From an uncultured Planctomycetia bacterium (GTDB lineage: Bacteria; Omnitrophota; Gorgyraeia; Duberdicusellales; 4484-171): DNA of 32,000 bases. The stretch spans positions 1 through 32,000 of the forward strand of contig CAZHYN010000015.1 in assembly GCA_964536865.1 (NCBI GenBank). The letters run 5' to 3'. Made by a program: the position numbers and the translations under genes. The notes below the pieces were generated by a model. The model did not search any database, had not been told where the DNA came from, and was given only the letters and a program-made list of their open reading frames with translations. Shown here piece after piece: positions 1-8,682 of the stretch (its first letter is position 1; the number at the start of each line of letters is the position of its first letter).

Positions 1-160
1 GGTATAGGCTCTTTTTTTATCCTGTTAAGAATTTGTACAGAATGTTTTATAGTGCCTAATTTTTTATGGATTAGAGAGTAGGTGAAAAATGGGGTTGTTT
101 TAATTTGAATAAAAGTATGGTAAAATAAATCTCCAATAAATTCTATAAAGAAAGGGGGAA

Positions 161-472
161 ATGAGACTGAGAGAACTTAAGAAAAAAATCAAGAAAATAT
201 GGAAACCAGTAAAGAAGGATTTAGACAGGATTTTGAAAGAGACTACTAGTTTAGCTAAGAAGGGAGAGAGTTACTTTAAAGATATCTCCGAGAAGAGTAA
301 GAAGAAGCTGGAATTACTTTCTCTTTCTTTAAAAAAAGAGAAGTTGTATTATCAACTGGGTAAGGTAGTTTTTAGTTTACCTCGAGATAGATGGAGAGAG
401 GCTAAAAAAGTAGATGAACTCATCTCTCAAATTAGAAAGATTAACCACCTCTTGAAGAAAAAGAAAAAGTGA
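161..472 (+). CDS. hypothetical Lys-rich coiled-coil protein
   Basis: 103-aa ORF with a purine run (AGGGGGAA) directly upstream of the ATG. The sequence is highly charged and K/E-rich. No family recognised. Confidence 0.45.
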   Translation: MRLRELKKKIKKIWKPVKKDLDRILKETTSLAKKGESYFKDISEKSKKKLELLSLSLKKEKLYYQLGKVVFSLPRDRWREAKKVDELISQIRKINHLLKKKKK

Positions 473-552
473 GCAAAGTTTATTCAATCCTTTTTAAGAG
501 AAAAAGCTTGATACAGTTTATATAAGTTGTTATAATTTTTACTATTCTTTAA

Positions 553-625
553 GGGCCCGTAGCTCAGCTGGTAGAGCAGCTGACTCATAATCAGTTGGTC
601 CCAGGTTCGAGTCCTGGCGGGCCCA
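553..625 (+). tRNA. tRNA-Met, elongator type (anticodon CAT; a lysidine-modified tRNA-Ile2 cannot be excluded)
   Basis: Hand-folded 73-nt cloverleaf. Acceptor GGGCCCG/CGGGCCC. D stem GCTC/GAGC. Anticodon stem GCTGA/TCAGT with loop CTCATAA. T arm CCAGG-TTCGAGT-CCTGG. Discriminator A. CCA is not encoded. G1-C72 is paired and there is no GGG/CCC anticodon stem, so it is not an initiator. Confidence 0.9.
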
Positions 626-716
626 GGTTCTTGGAATGAAGCATTAGCTAAAAACTTGAGTTGTTTCTTAGAATAATTGATGAAGGCAACCTCGGATGCA
701 CTTAATTTAATGATGA

Positions 717-770
717 CTCCGCTTATCAGCGGAGAGTGCATACGAGTCCTGGCGGGCCCAGGTTCTTGGA
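717..770 (+). repeat. decayed tRNA 3' half; its last 28 bp (743-770) exactly repeat 608-635 (T-loop to 3' end of tRNA-Met plus 10 nt of downstream flank)
   Basis: CGAGTCCTGGCGGGCCCAGGTTCTTGGA occurs at 608-635 and again at 743-770. Upstream of copy 2 is a hairpin CTCCGC-TTATCA-GCGGAG (717-734) with patchy similarity to the anticodon arm. No 5' acceptor strand or D arm is present. Confidence 0.75.
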
Positions 771-796
771 TTATTCTAAATAAGAGGGAAAAAATA

Positions 797-870
797 GGGC
801 ACATAGCTCAGTTGGTTAGAGCGCTACGCTCACATCGTAGAGGTCGCCCGTTCGAATCGGGCTGTGCCCA
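797..870 (+). tRNA. tRNA-Val (anticodon CAC)
   Basis: Hand-folded 74-nt cloverleaf. Acceptor GGGCACA/TGTGCCC. D stem GCTC/GAGC. Anticodon stem CTACG/CGTAG with loop CTCACAT. T arm GCCCG-TTCGAAT-CGGGC. Discriminator A. Confidence 0.9.
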
Positions 871-884
871 TAGTTAATTGAATT

Positions 885-1607
885 ATGGATTTAAAGGAAG
901 AGATTAGAAAACTAGTGGAATTACAGGAATTAGATTATAAGATTTCTTCCTTGAAGATAAAAAAGGAGAAAGAGAAACCTCAAGAATTAGAGGTATTGAA
1001 AGGAAAGTTTGAGGAGGAAAAACAAAAGGTTTATTCTTTCGAGGAAAAGATTAAACAACTTCAGGTTAAGCGAAAAGAGAAAGAGTTAGATCTATCCTCT
1101 AAAGAAGAAAGTGTAAGAAAAGCTCAGGCTCAACTTTACCAACTTAAGACCAATAAGGAATACCAAGCCAAGCTTACAGAGATCCAAGCACTAAAAGCAG
1201 ATGTTTCTGTGTTAGAGGATGAAATTATAAAGATTTTAGATGAAATTGAGGAGGTAGAGAAAGATTTAAATAGGGAAAGAGAAATAGTTGCTCAAGAGGA
1301 GAATAAATTTAAAGAGAAAGAAGCTCAGATAAATCAAGAGGTAAAGTCTTTGGAAATAGAGATTAAAGGATTAGGGGACAAAAGGAGAATCTTAGCTGAG
1401 AAAATTGATAAGAAGATTCTTCCCATTTACGAAAGACTCCTAAGTACTCGGGGAGGAATAGCTATTGCTCCTATAGTAGCTGAGAATTGTGGAGCCTGCC
1501 ATATCAAAGTTACTGCTCAAAAGATAAATGAGATTAAGATGTATAAAGACTTAGTGTTTTGTGAGAATTGTGTAAGGATTCTATATATTAAAGAAGATTT
1601 AGAATAA
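885..1607 (+). CDS. C4-type zinc-ribbon, coiled-coil protein (COG1579-like)
   Basis: Long heptad-rich coiled coil followed by a C-terminal CGAC...(x)...CENC zinc ribbon. The stop overlaps the start of the downstream RNase H-like gene (TAATG), a pairing seen for this family. Confidence 0.75.
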   Translation: MDLKEEIRKLVELQELDYKISSLKIKKEKEKPQELEVLKGKFEEEKQKVYSFEEKIKQLQVKRKEKELDLSSKEESVRKAQAQLYQLKTNKEYQAKLTEIQALKADVSVLEDEIIKILDEIEEVEKDLNREREIVAQEENKFKEKEAQINQEVKSLEIEIKGLGDKRRILAEKIDKKILPIYERLLSTRGGIAIAPIVAENCGACHIKVTAQKINEIKMYKDLVFCENCVRILYIKEDLE

Positions 1608-2008
1608 TGATAGAGGTATATATAGATGGAGCTTCCTTAGGTAACCCTGGTAGGGTTGGGATAGGGTATCTTATTTGCCGAGGAAAAAAGGTATTGGAGA
1701 AAAAAGGTGTTTTTTTGGGGATTCAGACTAATAATTTTGCTGAGTATATGGCTTTGATATTTTCTTTAATAGAAGTGCTAGCTAAGGGTTATAAAAAATG
1801 TTGTGTTTACTCTGATAGTCAACTTCTGTGCAATCAACTAAAAGGGAGCTACAAAGTCAAAAATAAAAATATCTTTCCCCTTCATTTGTTAGCAAAAAAT
1901 TTAATCAGTAAGTTTGAGGATTTTCAGATAGTTAATATTTCTCGCCAGGAGAACAAAGAGGTAGATAAATTAGCAAAAAGGGCAGCTTCTCAACTCATTA
2001 TTAGTTGA
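1607..2008 (+). CDS. ribonuclease HI family protein (RNase H-like)
   Basis: N-terminal IEVYIDGASLGNPG (catalytic Asp), NNFAEYMAL (Glu), YSDSQL (Asp), and NKEVDKLAK near the C-terminus. Length 133 aa. Confidence 0.8.
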   Translation: MIEVYIDGASLGNPGRVGIGYLICRGKKVLEKKGVFLGIQTNNFAEYMALIFSLIEVLAKGYKKCCVYSDSQLLCNQLKGSYKVKNKNIFPLHLLAKNLISKFEDFQIVNISRQENKEVDKLAKRAASQLIIS

Positions 2009-2029
2009 GAATTTAAAGGGAGGGGAAAA

Positions 2030-2785
2030 ATGAGTGGTCACTCTAAATGGGCAGGAATAAAACATAAGAAAGCAGCGCAGGATGCAAAGAGGGGGAGGCT
2101 TTTTACTAAATTGATAAGGGAAATAACGATAGCAGCTCGGGAGGGAGGAGGTAACCCTGAAACTAATCCTCGTCTGCGCACTGCTATTGAGCGAGCCAGA
2201 GACGCTAACATGCCTCAGGATAACATTGAAAAAGCTATAAAAAGAGGAACGGGAGAGCTCCCTGGGGTAAACTATGAGATTTGTATCTTTGAAGGTTATG
2301 GTCCGGGAGGTGTAGCTATAATGGTTGAAGCTTTAACTGACAATAAAAACCGTACCTCTGCAGAAGTTAGGAATATTTTTTCTAAGAAAGGAGGTAATTT
2401 AGCAGGTTCGGGGAGTGTAGCTTGGTTATTCAATAAAAAAGGTTACCTTCTTATCGATAAGAGTCAAGTAAGTGAGGATGAGTTATTTGCTATAAGTGTC
2501 GATGCAGGGGCTCAAGATTTGAAGACAGAAGGAAAGAATTACGAGATTTTTTGTGAACCTCAGGATTTTGAAAATGTAAAGAAGGTAATAAAAGATAAAG
2601 GGATAAAGTGGGAGTTAGCTGAACTTACTATGGTTCCTACTTCTACAGTAAAAGTTCCTTCCCAAGAAGCAAAACAACTCCTTTCTCTTATAGAAGCTTT
2701 AGAGGAACACGACGATGTCCAAAAAGTCTACGCAAATTTCGATATCCCTGATGAGATATTAGAGAAACTGGCCTCTGAGTTCTAA
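2030..2785 (+). CDS. yebC: YebC/PmpR family DNA-binding transcriptional regulator
   Basis: MSGHSKWAGIKHKKAAQDAKRG...FTKL.REI..AAR.GG.NPE.NPRLR signature N-terminus. GGGAGG SD upstream. Classical position in front of ruvC. Confidence 0.95.
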   Translation: MSGHSKWAGIKHKKAAQDAKRGRLFTKLIREITIAAREGGGNPETNPRLRTAIERARDANMPQDNIEKAIKRGTGELPGVNYEICIFEGYGPGGVAIMVEALTDNKNRTSAEVRNIFSKKGGNLAGSGSVAWLFNKKGYLLIDKSQVSEDELFAISVDAGAQDLKTEGKNYEIFCEPQDFENVKKVIKDKGIKWELAELTMVPTSTVKVPSQEAKQLLSLIEALEEHDDVQKVYANFDIPDEILEKLASEF

Positions 2786-2786
2786 G

Positions 2787-3272
2787 ATGATAGTTTTGGG
2801 CATAGATGTTGGATTAAGAACTACCGCTTATGCGGTATGTAGAGTTAACGGTTCTAAATTGAAACCTTTAGATGATGGGCAGATAAATACGACTACATCC
2901 TTTTCTTTACCCCAGAGGTTAACTCTTATTTTCAATGTTCTCTCTAGAGTAATAGAAGAGTTTCGTCCTCAGGTACTTATTTTAGAAAAACTTTACTCTC
3001 ATTATCGGCATCCTACTACCTTAGGTTTGTTGGCTCAAGTAAGAGGAGTGGTAGTACTTCTTTCGGATAAATATAATCTAAAATTTTATGAGTATTCTCC
3101 TACTCAAGCCAAGAAAGCTATTTTAGGGAGGGGAGATGCAAAAGCTCCTCAAGTTAAGAGAATGGTAGAGAATATGCTATCTAAAAGAGTTAAGTCTCAA
3201 CATATAGCCGATGCTTACTCCTTAGTTATTACTTTTTCTCATCAGGTAAGAATGGAAAGATTCTATGATTAA
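2787..3272 (+). CDS. ruvC: crossover junction endodeoxyribonuclease RuvC
   Basis: ILGID N-terminus (Asp), LILEKLY (Glu), C-terminal QHIADAYSL (His/Asp as in Thermus-type RuvC). Length 161 aa. Lies between yebC and ruvA. Confidence 0.85.
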   Translation: MIVLGIDVGLRTTAYAVCRVNGSKLKPLDDGQINTTTSFSLPQRLTLIFNVLSRVIEEFRPQVLILEKLYSHYRHPTTLGLLAQVRGVVVLLSDKYNLKFYEYSPTQAKKAILGRGDAKAPQVKRMVENMLSKRVKSQHIADAYSLVITFSHQVRMERFYD

Positions 3273-3885
3273 AAAGATTAGAGGGATTTTAGTAGAAAAA
3301 GATGAAAATAAGGTTTGTGTTGATGTAGGGGGTATTTGTTATGAGATAAATATCCCCAAGGCGGTATACTACAGACTTACGCATGATTTAGGTAAAGAAG
3401 TAGAGTTGGTAATCTATAATTACTTGCATATAGAGAAGAATAAGAGCATTCCTGTAATGATTGGGTTTAATGAGGAGTTAGAGAGGGAGTTTTTTGAGAA
3501 ATTTATCAGTGTTTCAGGAATTGGCCCCCGGGCAGCATTAAAGGCTTTTGATAGACCTATTTCTTTAATTGCTCGAGCTATTGAAGAGGGAGATGTAAGA
3601 TTTTTAAATACTCTTGAAGGAATTGGAAAACAAAAGGCTAAGCAGATTGTTGCTCATCTCCAAGGAAAGGTAGGAAGATTCGCCCTTATTAAAGAGAAGG
3701 AGCACATTACGGTAGAGAAGGGAAATAAAATTAAAGAAATGATAGGAGAAGCAAAGCAGATTCTAAGACGTCTTCAGTATAGCGCTAAGGAGATTGATTC
3801 TATGGTCAAGAAGGCATTACAGAGAAAGCCTCAGCCTGAGAGTGTAGAAGAGCTCCTTAATCAGATATACTATCAGGAAAGATGA
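3265..3885 (+). CDS. ruvA: Holliday junction branch migration protein RuvA
   Basis: MIKKIRGILVEK...V.V.VGGI.YEI N-terminal OB domain and two HhH motifs (VSGIGPRAALK, LEGIGKQKAKQIV). Overlaps the ruvC stop by 8 nt. Confidence 0.9.
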   Translation: MIKKIRGILVEKDENKVCVDVGGICYEINIPKAVYYRLTHDLGKEVELVIYNYLHIEKNKSIPVMIGFNEELEREFFEKFISVSGIGPRAALKAFDRPISLIARAIEEGDVRFLNTLEGIGKQKAKQIVAHLQGKVGRFALIKEKEHITVEKGNKIKEMIGEAKQILRRLQYSAKEIDSMVKKALQRKPQPESVEELLNQIYYQER

Positions 3886-4415
3886 ATATCAAACCAATTT
3901 TAGAATCTCTACTTTTTGTTAATGAAAAACCTTTGGATATTAAAGAGTTGGCACAGATTTTAGGATTAGATAAAAAAGAGATAGAAAAGAATCTTGAGGA
4001 AATAGCAAGGGAGTACCAACAGAGGAGGGCAGGAATTTGTATTGTAAAAGTAGCTGGAGGGTATCAGATGTGTGCTCATCCTGATAATGAGGAGTGGATA
4101 AGGAAGATGTATCATGAAAGGAACAGGTATCGTCTCTCTCATGCTTCCCTAGAGACGTTGGCTATTGTTGCCTACAAACAACCCATTACTCGTCCGGAGA
4201 TAGAGTCTATAAGAGGGGTTAACATAGATGGGGTAATTAGACACCTTTTGGAATTAGGTCTTATAAAAGAAGGGGGAAGAAAGGAAGTTCCTGGTAGGCC
4301 TTTTCTTTATGTGACCACCAGGAAGTTTCTGGAGTACTTTGGGTTAAATTCCTTAGAAGATTTACCTAAGTTAGAGGATTTTTCTGAGTTTAAGCTTTCA
4401 GAGAATAAAGAATAG
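3882..4415 (+). CDS. scpB: SMC-Scp complex subunit ScpB
   Basis: ILESLLFVNEKPL..KELA, ETLAIVAYKQPITRPEIESIRGVN and GRPFLYVTT.KFLEYFGL motifs. ATGA overlap with ruvA. Confidence 0.9.
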   Translation: MNIKPILESLLFVNEKPLDIKELAQILGLDKKEIEKNLEEIAREYQQRRAGICIVKVAGGYQMCAHPDNEEWIRKMYHERNRYRLSHASLETLAIVAYKQPITRPEIESIRGVNIDGVIRHLLELGLIKEGGRKEVPGRPFLYVTTRKFLEYFGLNSLEDLPKLEDFSEFKLSENKE

Positions 4416-4462
4416 TTTTAGGAAGAAGTTATGAAAGGTGTTAAAGAACGGAGGTGCGGAAG

Positions 4463-5605
4463 ATGAGATATTTCTTTACTTCTGAGTCAGTAACCGAAGG
4501 TCATCCTGATAAGCTCTGTGATCAAGTTTCTGATGCGATTTTGGATGCTATTTATGAAAAGGACCCTTACGCCAGAGTTGCTTGCGAGGCTTTAGTAACT
4601 AGAGGAGTGATCTATGTAGCAGGAGAGATATCTACTGCCTGTTATGTGGAGATTCCTCGGATTGTGAGAAATCTAGTGAAAGAGGTAGGCTACACTGATC
4701 CTAACATGGGATTTGATTATGGGAGTTGTGGAGTAATTACCGCAATCCAAGAGCAGTCGCCTGATATAGCTAGAGGCGTGGATATAGGAGGAGCTGGTGA
4801 TCAAGGATTAATGTTTGGTTATGCATGTACTCAAACCGAAGAGCTTATGCCTCTACCTATTATGCTTGCTCATAAACTAGTAAAAAGATTAGCTTATATA
4901 AGAGAGAAAAAACTTGTGGATTATCTACGTCCGGATGGTAAATCTCAAGTTACAGTTGAGTATGAGGATAACATTCCTAAAAGAGTTGAGACAGTAATTA
5001 TTGGAGCACATCATAATCATCAGGTTAAAACTGATAAATTAAGGGAAGATATAAAAGAATTAGTAATTAAATATGTAATTGCTCCTCAGCTGTTGGATAA
5101 AAATACAAAGATTTTTATTAATGCTACAGGAAGGTTTGAGATCGGAGGCCCAGTTGCTGATACAGGGGTGACAGGAAGAAAGATTATGGTGGATACCTAC
5201 GGTGGATGGGCGCGCCATGGGGGAGGCTGTCTGAGTGGAAAAGACCCTACCAAAGTAGACAGAAGCGCATCTTATATGACACGTTACATTGCCAAAAATA
5301 TAGTTGCCTCAGGAATAGCCGAAGAATGTGAGATTCAGCTTGCTTATTGTATTGGGGTAGCAGATCCTGTAGCAGTAATGGTAAATAGCTTTGGTACAGC
5401 AAAGGTAGATGAGGAAAAATTAGAGAAAGCAATAAGAGAAATTTTCCCTTTAACTCCACAAGGAATAATTAATCACTTAAAACTTTTAAGGCCTATTTAT
5501 AGAAAAACCGCCTGTTATGGACATTTTGGAAGAGAAGAGGAAGGATTTAGGTGGGAGGAGACTGATAAGGTAGAAGAATTGAAAAGATTTTTTAAATTGG
5601 AGTAA
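4463..5605 (+). CDS. metK: S-adenosylmethionine synthetase (methionine adenosyltransferase)
   Basis: [50 protein letters not shown]-like block ([19 protein letters not shown]). The track starts at GTG 4454, but ATG 4463 sits 8 nt after GGAGG and is preferred. Confidence 0.95.
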   Translation: MRYFFTSESVTEGHPDKLCDQVSDAILDAIYEKDPYARVACEALVTRGVIYVAGEISTACYVEIPRIVRNLVKEVGYTDPNMGFDYGSCGVITAIQEQSPDIARGVDIGGAGDQGLMFGYACTQTEELMPLPIMLAHKLVKRLAYIREKKLVDYLRPDGKSQVTVEYEDNIPKRVETVIIGAHHNHQVKTDKLREDIKELVIKYVIAPQLLDKNTKIFINATGRFEIGGPVADTGVTGRKIMVDTYGGWARHGGGCLSGKDPTKVDRSASYMTRYIAKNIVASGIAEECEIQLAYCIGVADPVAVMVNSFGTAKVDEEKLEKAIREIFPLTPQGIINHLKLLRPIYRKTACYGHFGREEEGFRWEETDKVEELKRFFKLE

Positions 5606-5608
5606 AAG

Positions 5609-6910
5609 ATGAAATTCGAAATTAAAAGTAAAAATTTAAGTAAAGTTGGCAGAAAGAGAATTGAATGGGCAAAGAGTAGAATGTCTGTTTTGGAGTTGAT
5701 AAGAGAGCAATTTAGGAAAGAAAAGCCTTTAAAAGGCATAAAGATTGCTGCCTGCTTGCATGTTACTACTGAGACAGCAAATTTAGTTATTACTTTAAAA
5801 AGTGGAGGGGCAGACTTAAGGCTTTGTGCATCCAATCCTTTATCTACTCAAGACGATGTAGCGGCAAGTTTAGTTTGTGATTATGGAATAGAAGTTTATG
5901 CTATAAGGGGTGAGGATAAAAATACCTACTACAAGCATATTAAAAAGACCTTAGAGATTAATCCCCAGATTACTTTAGACGACGGAGCAGACCTTGTTAG
6001 TATGATACATACAAATTACAAATTACAAATTACAGATTACAAATTACAAATTACAGATTACAGATTACCCTGGGCGGGAACTGAAGAGACTACTACCGGG
6101 GTAATTAGATTGAAAGCTTTAGAAAAAGAGAAAAAATTATTATATCCGGTAATTGCTGTAAATGATGCTTATACAAAGTACTTGTTTGATAATCGTTATG
6201 GAACAGGGCAGTCCACTTTAGATGGGATAATTAGAGCAACCAATAAGTTGATTGCAGGAACTAAATTTATTGTTTGCGGTTATGGATGGTGTGGAAAAGG
6301 GATTGCTAAACGAGCTTCTGGTCTGGGGGCAGAGGTAATTGTTTGCGAAACAAACCCTGTTTGTGCTCTGGAAGCAATCATGGATGGTTTTAGAGTTCTG
6401 CCTTTAAGAGAGGCAGCAAAATTTGGTGATATCTTTGTTACCGCCACCGGAGATATAAATGTGATTACCAAAGAGCATTTTCTTCTAATGAAAGATGGAG
6501 CAATTTTAGCTAACGCCGGCCATTTTAATGTAGAGATTAATTTAAAAGATTTGGAGAAACTGGCAGTTAAGAAAAAGGAGGTAAAACCCTTAGTTACAGA
6601 ATACGCAATACGCAATACACAAAACAAAAAACTTAAAAGGATATATGTGTTAGGAGAGGGTAGGCTTGTAAATTTAGCCTGTGCGGAAGGACATCCAGCA
6701 GAGGTTATGGATTTAAGCTTCGCCAATCAGGCTCTCTGTTGTGAGTACATTGTAAAAAACTATAAGAATTTAGAAAGAAGGGTTTATAGTGTTCCAGAAA
6801 AGATCGATAGAAGGGTTGCTAAGTTGAAGTTAAAGTCAATGGGAATAAAGATTGATACTTTAACTTCCAAGCAGAGGGAGTATCTTTCTTGTTGGGAGAT
6901 GGGGACTTAA
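5609..6910 (+). CDS. ahcY: adenosylhomocysteinase
   Basis: IEWA...MSVL, LHVTTETANL, SNPLSTQDDVAA, EETTTGV, DN.YGTGQS, GYGWCGKG (NAD fold) and GRLVNLACAEGHP motifs. Starts 4 nt after metK. Carries an unusual repeat-encoded insert (see findings). Confidence 0.95.
   Translation: MKFEIKSKNLSKVGRKRIEWAKSRMSVLELIREQFRKEKPLKGIKIAACLHVTTETANLVITLKSGGADLRLCASNPLSTQDDVAASLVCDYGIEVYAIRGEDKNTYYKHIKKTLEINPQITLDDGADLVSMIHTNYKLQITDYKLQITDYRLPWAGTEETTTGVIRLKALEKEKKLLYPVIAVNDAYTKYLFDNRYGTGQSTLDGIIRATNKLIAGTKFIVCGYGWCGKGIAKRASGLGAEVIVCETNPVCALEAIMDGFRVLPLREAAKFGDIFVTATGDINVITKEHFLLMKDGAILANAGHFNVEINLKDLEKLAVKKKEVKPLVTEYAIRNTQNKKLKRIYVLGEGRLVNLACAEGHPAEVMDLSFANQALCCEYIVKNYKNLERRVYSVPEKIDRRVAKLKLKSMGIKIDTLTSKQREYLSCWEMGT
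6011..6068 (+). repeat. heptanucleotide tandem repeat (ACAAATT/ACAGATT x8) inside ahcY
   Basis: Read directly: acaaatt acaaatt acaaatt acagatt acaaatt acaaatt acagatt acagatt ac. Translated in frame as NYKLQITDYKLQITDYRL. Confidence 0.95.
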
Positions 6911-6993
6911 TTTGGATTAGGAGGTAAGAATGGGTATTGCTCATATTATAAGGAGTTGGAAGCGAAACTTCAAACATAAAGGGGAGGGAAAAG

Positions 6994-8625
6994 ATGAAAA
7001 ATATAATTAGTTTGGTTTTATTTGCTATATTAGGGGTTGGTCTTTGTTTCTCTCAGGAGGTAGTTCCCTCTAAGATTAAAGAGGTTACACTATTTACTAA
7101 TCAAGCCTTAATTAAAAGAGAAGCAAGTTTAAGGGTCAAAAAAGGGCTGAATGAACTCTTCTTAGAAATCGAAGCCTTTGGTTTAGATAGGGATTCTGTT
7201 TCCGCCAAGGTCTACGGAGAAGGAAGTTTATATAGTGTCCAGTTCAAAGAGATATATCTAAAGGAGACACCTCAAAAAAAGATAAGGGAGCTGCAAGAGA
7301 AGATAGAGGAATTGAAAGAAAAGAAGAAATCTTTAGTTAATCAACTAAGTATTTTAGGTAAGCAAGAGAGATTTTTGGATTCAGTAGTAGATTTCTCTCA
7401 AACCCAGATACCCGAGGATTTAAAAACCACTTTTCCTAAGGTTGACGATTTAGAAAAGATTCTTGGGTTTTTAGGGAGAAATTTGCAGAGTATCAATCAA
7501 GATAGAGAAGGGTTTAATAAAGAGATAAAAGAGTTAGATGAGGAGATAGGGGTTTTAGAGAAGGAGTTAGCCACATTAAAGAGACCACATCAAAAGACAA
7601 AGAAGGTGATTGAAATCGTATTTGATTCAAAGAAAGACCAGCCAGTTAAGATAGAAGCGGATTATTTAGTCTACAATAGCAGGTGGCAACCACTCTACAA
7701 AATAGATGTGCCTTTGAATTTAGGGAAGATAAATCTGGTAATGTTCTCTAAAATCAGACAGAAGACTGGAGAGGATTGGAAAGATATAAAATTATCCATA
7801 TCTAATGTCATTCCTTTAAGAGGGGTAGGCCTGCCCACTTTATCCAGTTGGTTTTTAGATGTAAGAAAAAGGGTAAAAAGGCACAGGCCAGGGGTAGATA
7901 TGTTTGCTGCTCTAAAAGGTAGACAGAAGGCTATCACTTTTGAAGAGAAAGAAGGAGCAGGTTTGGCTAATTTTGTCTATGCTATAAAAAAGGAGCTTCC
8001 TTTGTCCTTTGAATACCAGCTTCCCCAAACCCTAACCCTTGAATCCAAGGATAAGGATACCCTCCTTCCCTTATTTTCCAAAACCTTAAAAGGAGAGTTT
8101 TTTTACTATGTGGTACCTAAGGTGAGTCCCTTAACCTTTTTGGTATGCAAGACATTTTCCGATAAAGAGCTTTTAAGTGGACCTTTAAATGTTTACTTTG
8201 GAGGTAGATTCGTCGGGAAAACCTATCTGACAGAGAAAAAACCGAATGAAGAGTTCTACCTGAATTTAGGGGCAGATAGGGAGATAAAGGTTAAAAGAGA
8301 GAAGGTAAAGGATAAGATAAAAGAGACATTTTTTGGAAAGATTGAAAGAAAGACTGTGATTAGGGAATTGGCATTTAAGATTACAGTAGAGAACTTAAAA
8401 GAAAAACCAGTAAAGCTTAAGCTCTTGGATAGTATACCTATATCCAGGACAGATAGGATAGAGGTGAAGAATATAAAGCTAACCCCTGAGCCTAAAGAAA
8501 AGAATTACCAGGATAAAGAAGGGGTCAATCTGTGGGAATTTGATATACAGTCAAAAGAGAAGGTTGAAATCAATATAGAGTTTATTGTCACATATCCTAA
8601 GGATATACCTATTTATGGATTGTAA
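6994..8625 (+). CDS. DUF4139 domain-containing exported protein (mucoidy inhibitor MuiA-like family)
   Basis: N-terminal signal peptide (MKNIISLVLFAILGVGLCFSQ). DUF4140-like start (V.LFTNQALIKREASL.VKKGLNEL.LE...GLDRDSV). Central coiled coil. C-terminal ...LLDSIPISRTDRIEV......EGVNLWEF.I....V.I...F.V.YPKD typical of the family. Confidence 0.75.
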   Translation: MKNIISLVLFAILGVGLCFSQEVVPSKIKEVTLFTNQALIKREASLRVKKGLNELFLEIEAFGLDRDSVSAKVYGEGSLYSVQFKEIYLKETPQKKIRELQEKIEELKEKKKSLVNQLSILGKQERFLDSVVDFSQTQIPEDLKTTFPKVDDLEKILGFLGRNLQSINQDREGFNKEIKELDEEIGVLEKELATLKRPHQKTKKVIEIVFDSKKDQPVKIEADYLVYNSRWQPLYKIDVPLNLGKINLVMFSKIRQKTGEDWKDIKLSISNVIPLRGVGLPTLSSWFLDVRKRVKRHRPGVDMFAALKGRQKAITFEEKEGAGLANFVYAIKKELPLSFEYQLPQTLTLESKDKDTLLPLFSKTLKGEFFYYVVPKVSPLTFLVCKTFSDKELLSGPLNVYFGGRFVGKTYLTEKKPNEEFYLNLGADREIKVKREKVKDKIKETFFGKIERKTVIRELAFKITVENLKEKPVKLKLLDSIPISRTDRIEVKNIKLTPEPKEKNYQDKEGVNLWEFDIQSKEKVEINIEFIVTYPKDIPIYGL

Positions 8626-8682
8626 TGGGGGAGGCCCGACTCCAGAAATTTATTGGAGGATAAAGGGTTAAACTAATTTCAT

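Noticed and set aside
105-126. Sigma-70-like promoter (TTGAAT ... TAAAAT) upstream of the first ORF
   Set aside because: The spacing between the hexamers is only about 10 nt, and in DNA this AT-rich such hexamers occur by chance.
484-877. Track ORFs 484-804 (-) and 677-877 (+)
   Set aside because: They run straight through tRNA-Met, the tRNA fragment and tRNA-Val. There is no SD, and the 'protein' sequences are just translated tRNA stems (the repeated QEPGPARTR reflects the 28-bp repeat).
4416-4462. SAM (S-box) riboswitch upstream of metK
   Set aside because: The intergenic space is under 50 nt, far too short for any SAM riboswitch class, and it contains only the SD.
6011-6068. CRISPR-like array
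   Set aside because: The units are 7 nt with no spacers and lie in frame within ahcY, so this is a microsatellite. No CRISPR repeats or cas genes occur anywhere in the window.
6930-7010. 26-codon ORF (MGIAHIIRSWKRNFKHKGEGKDEKYN) with AGGAGG 5 nt upstream, overlapping the start of the DUF4139 gene
   Set aside because: It is too short and featureless to support as a gene from sequence alone. It could be a leader peptide, but there is no attenuator-like structure or conservation evidence available here.
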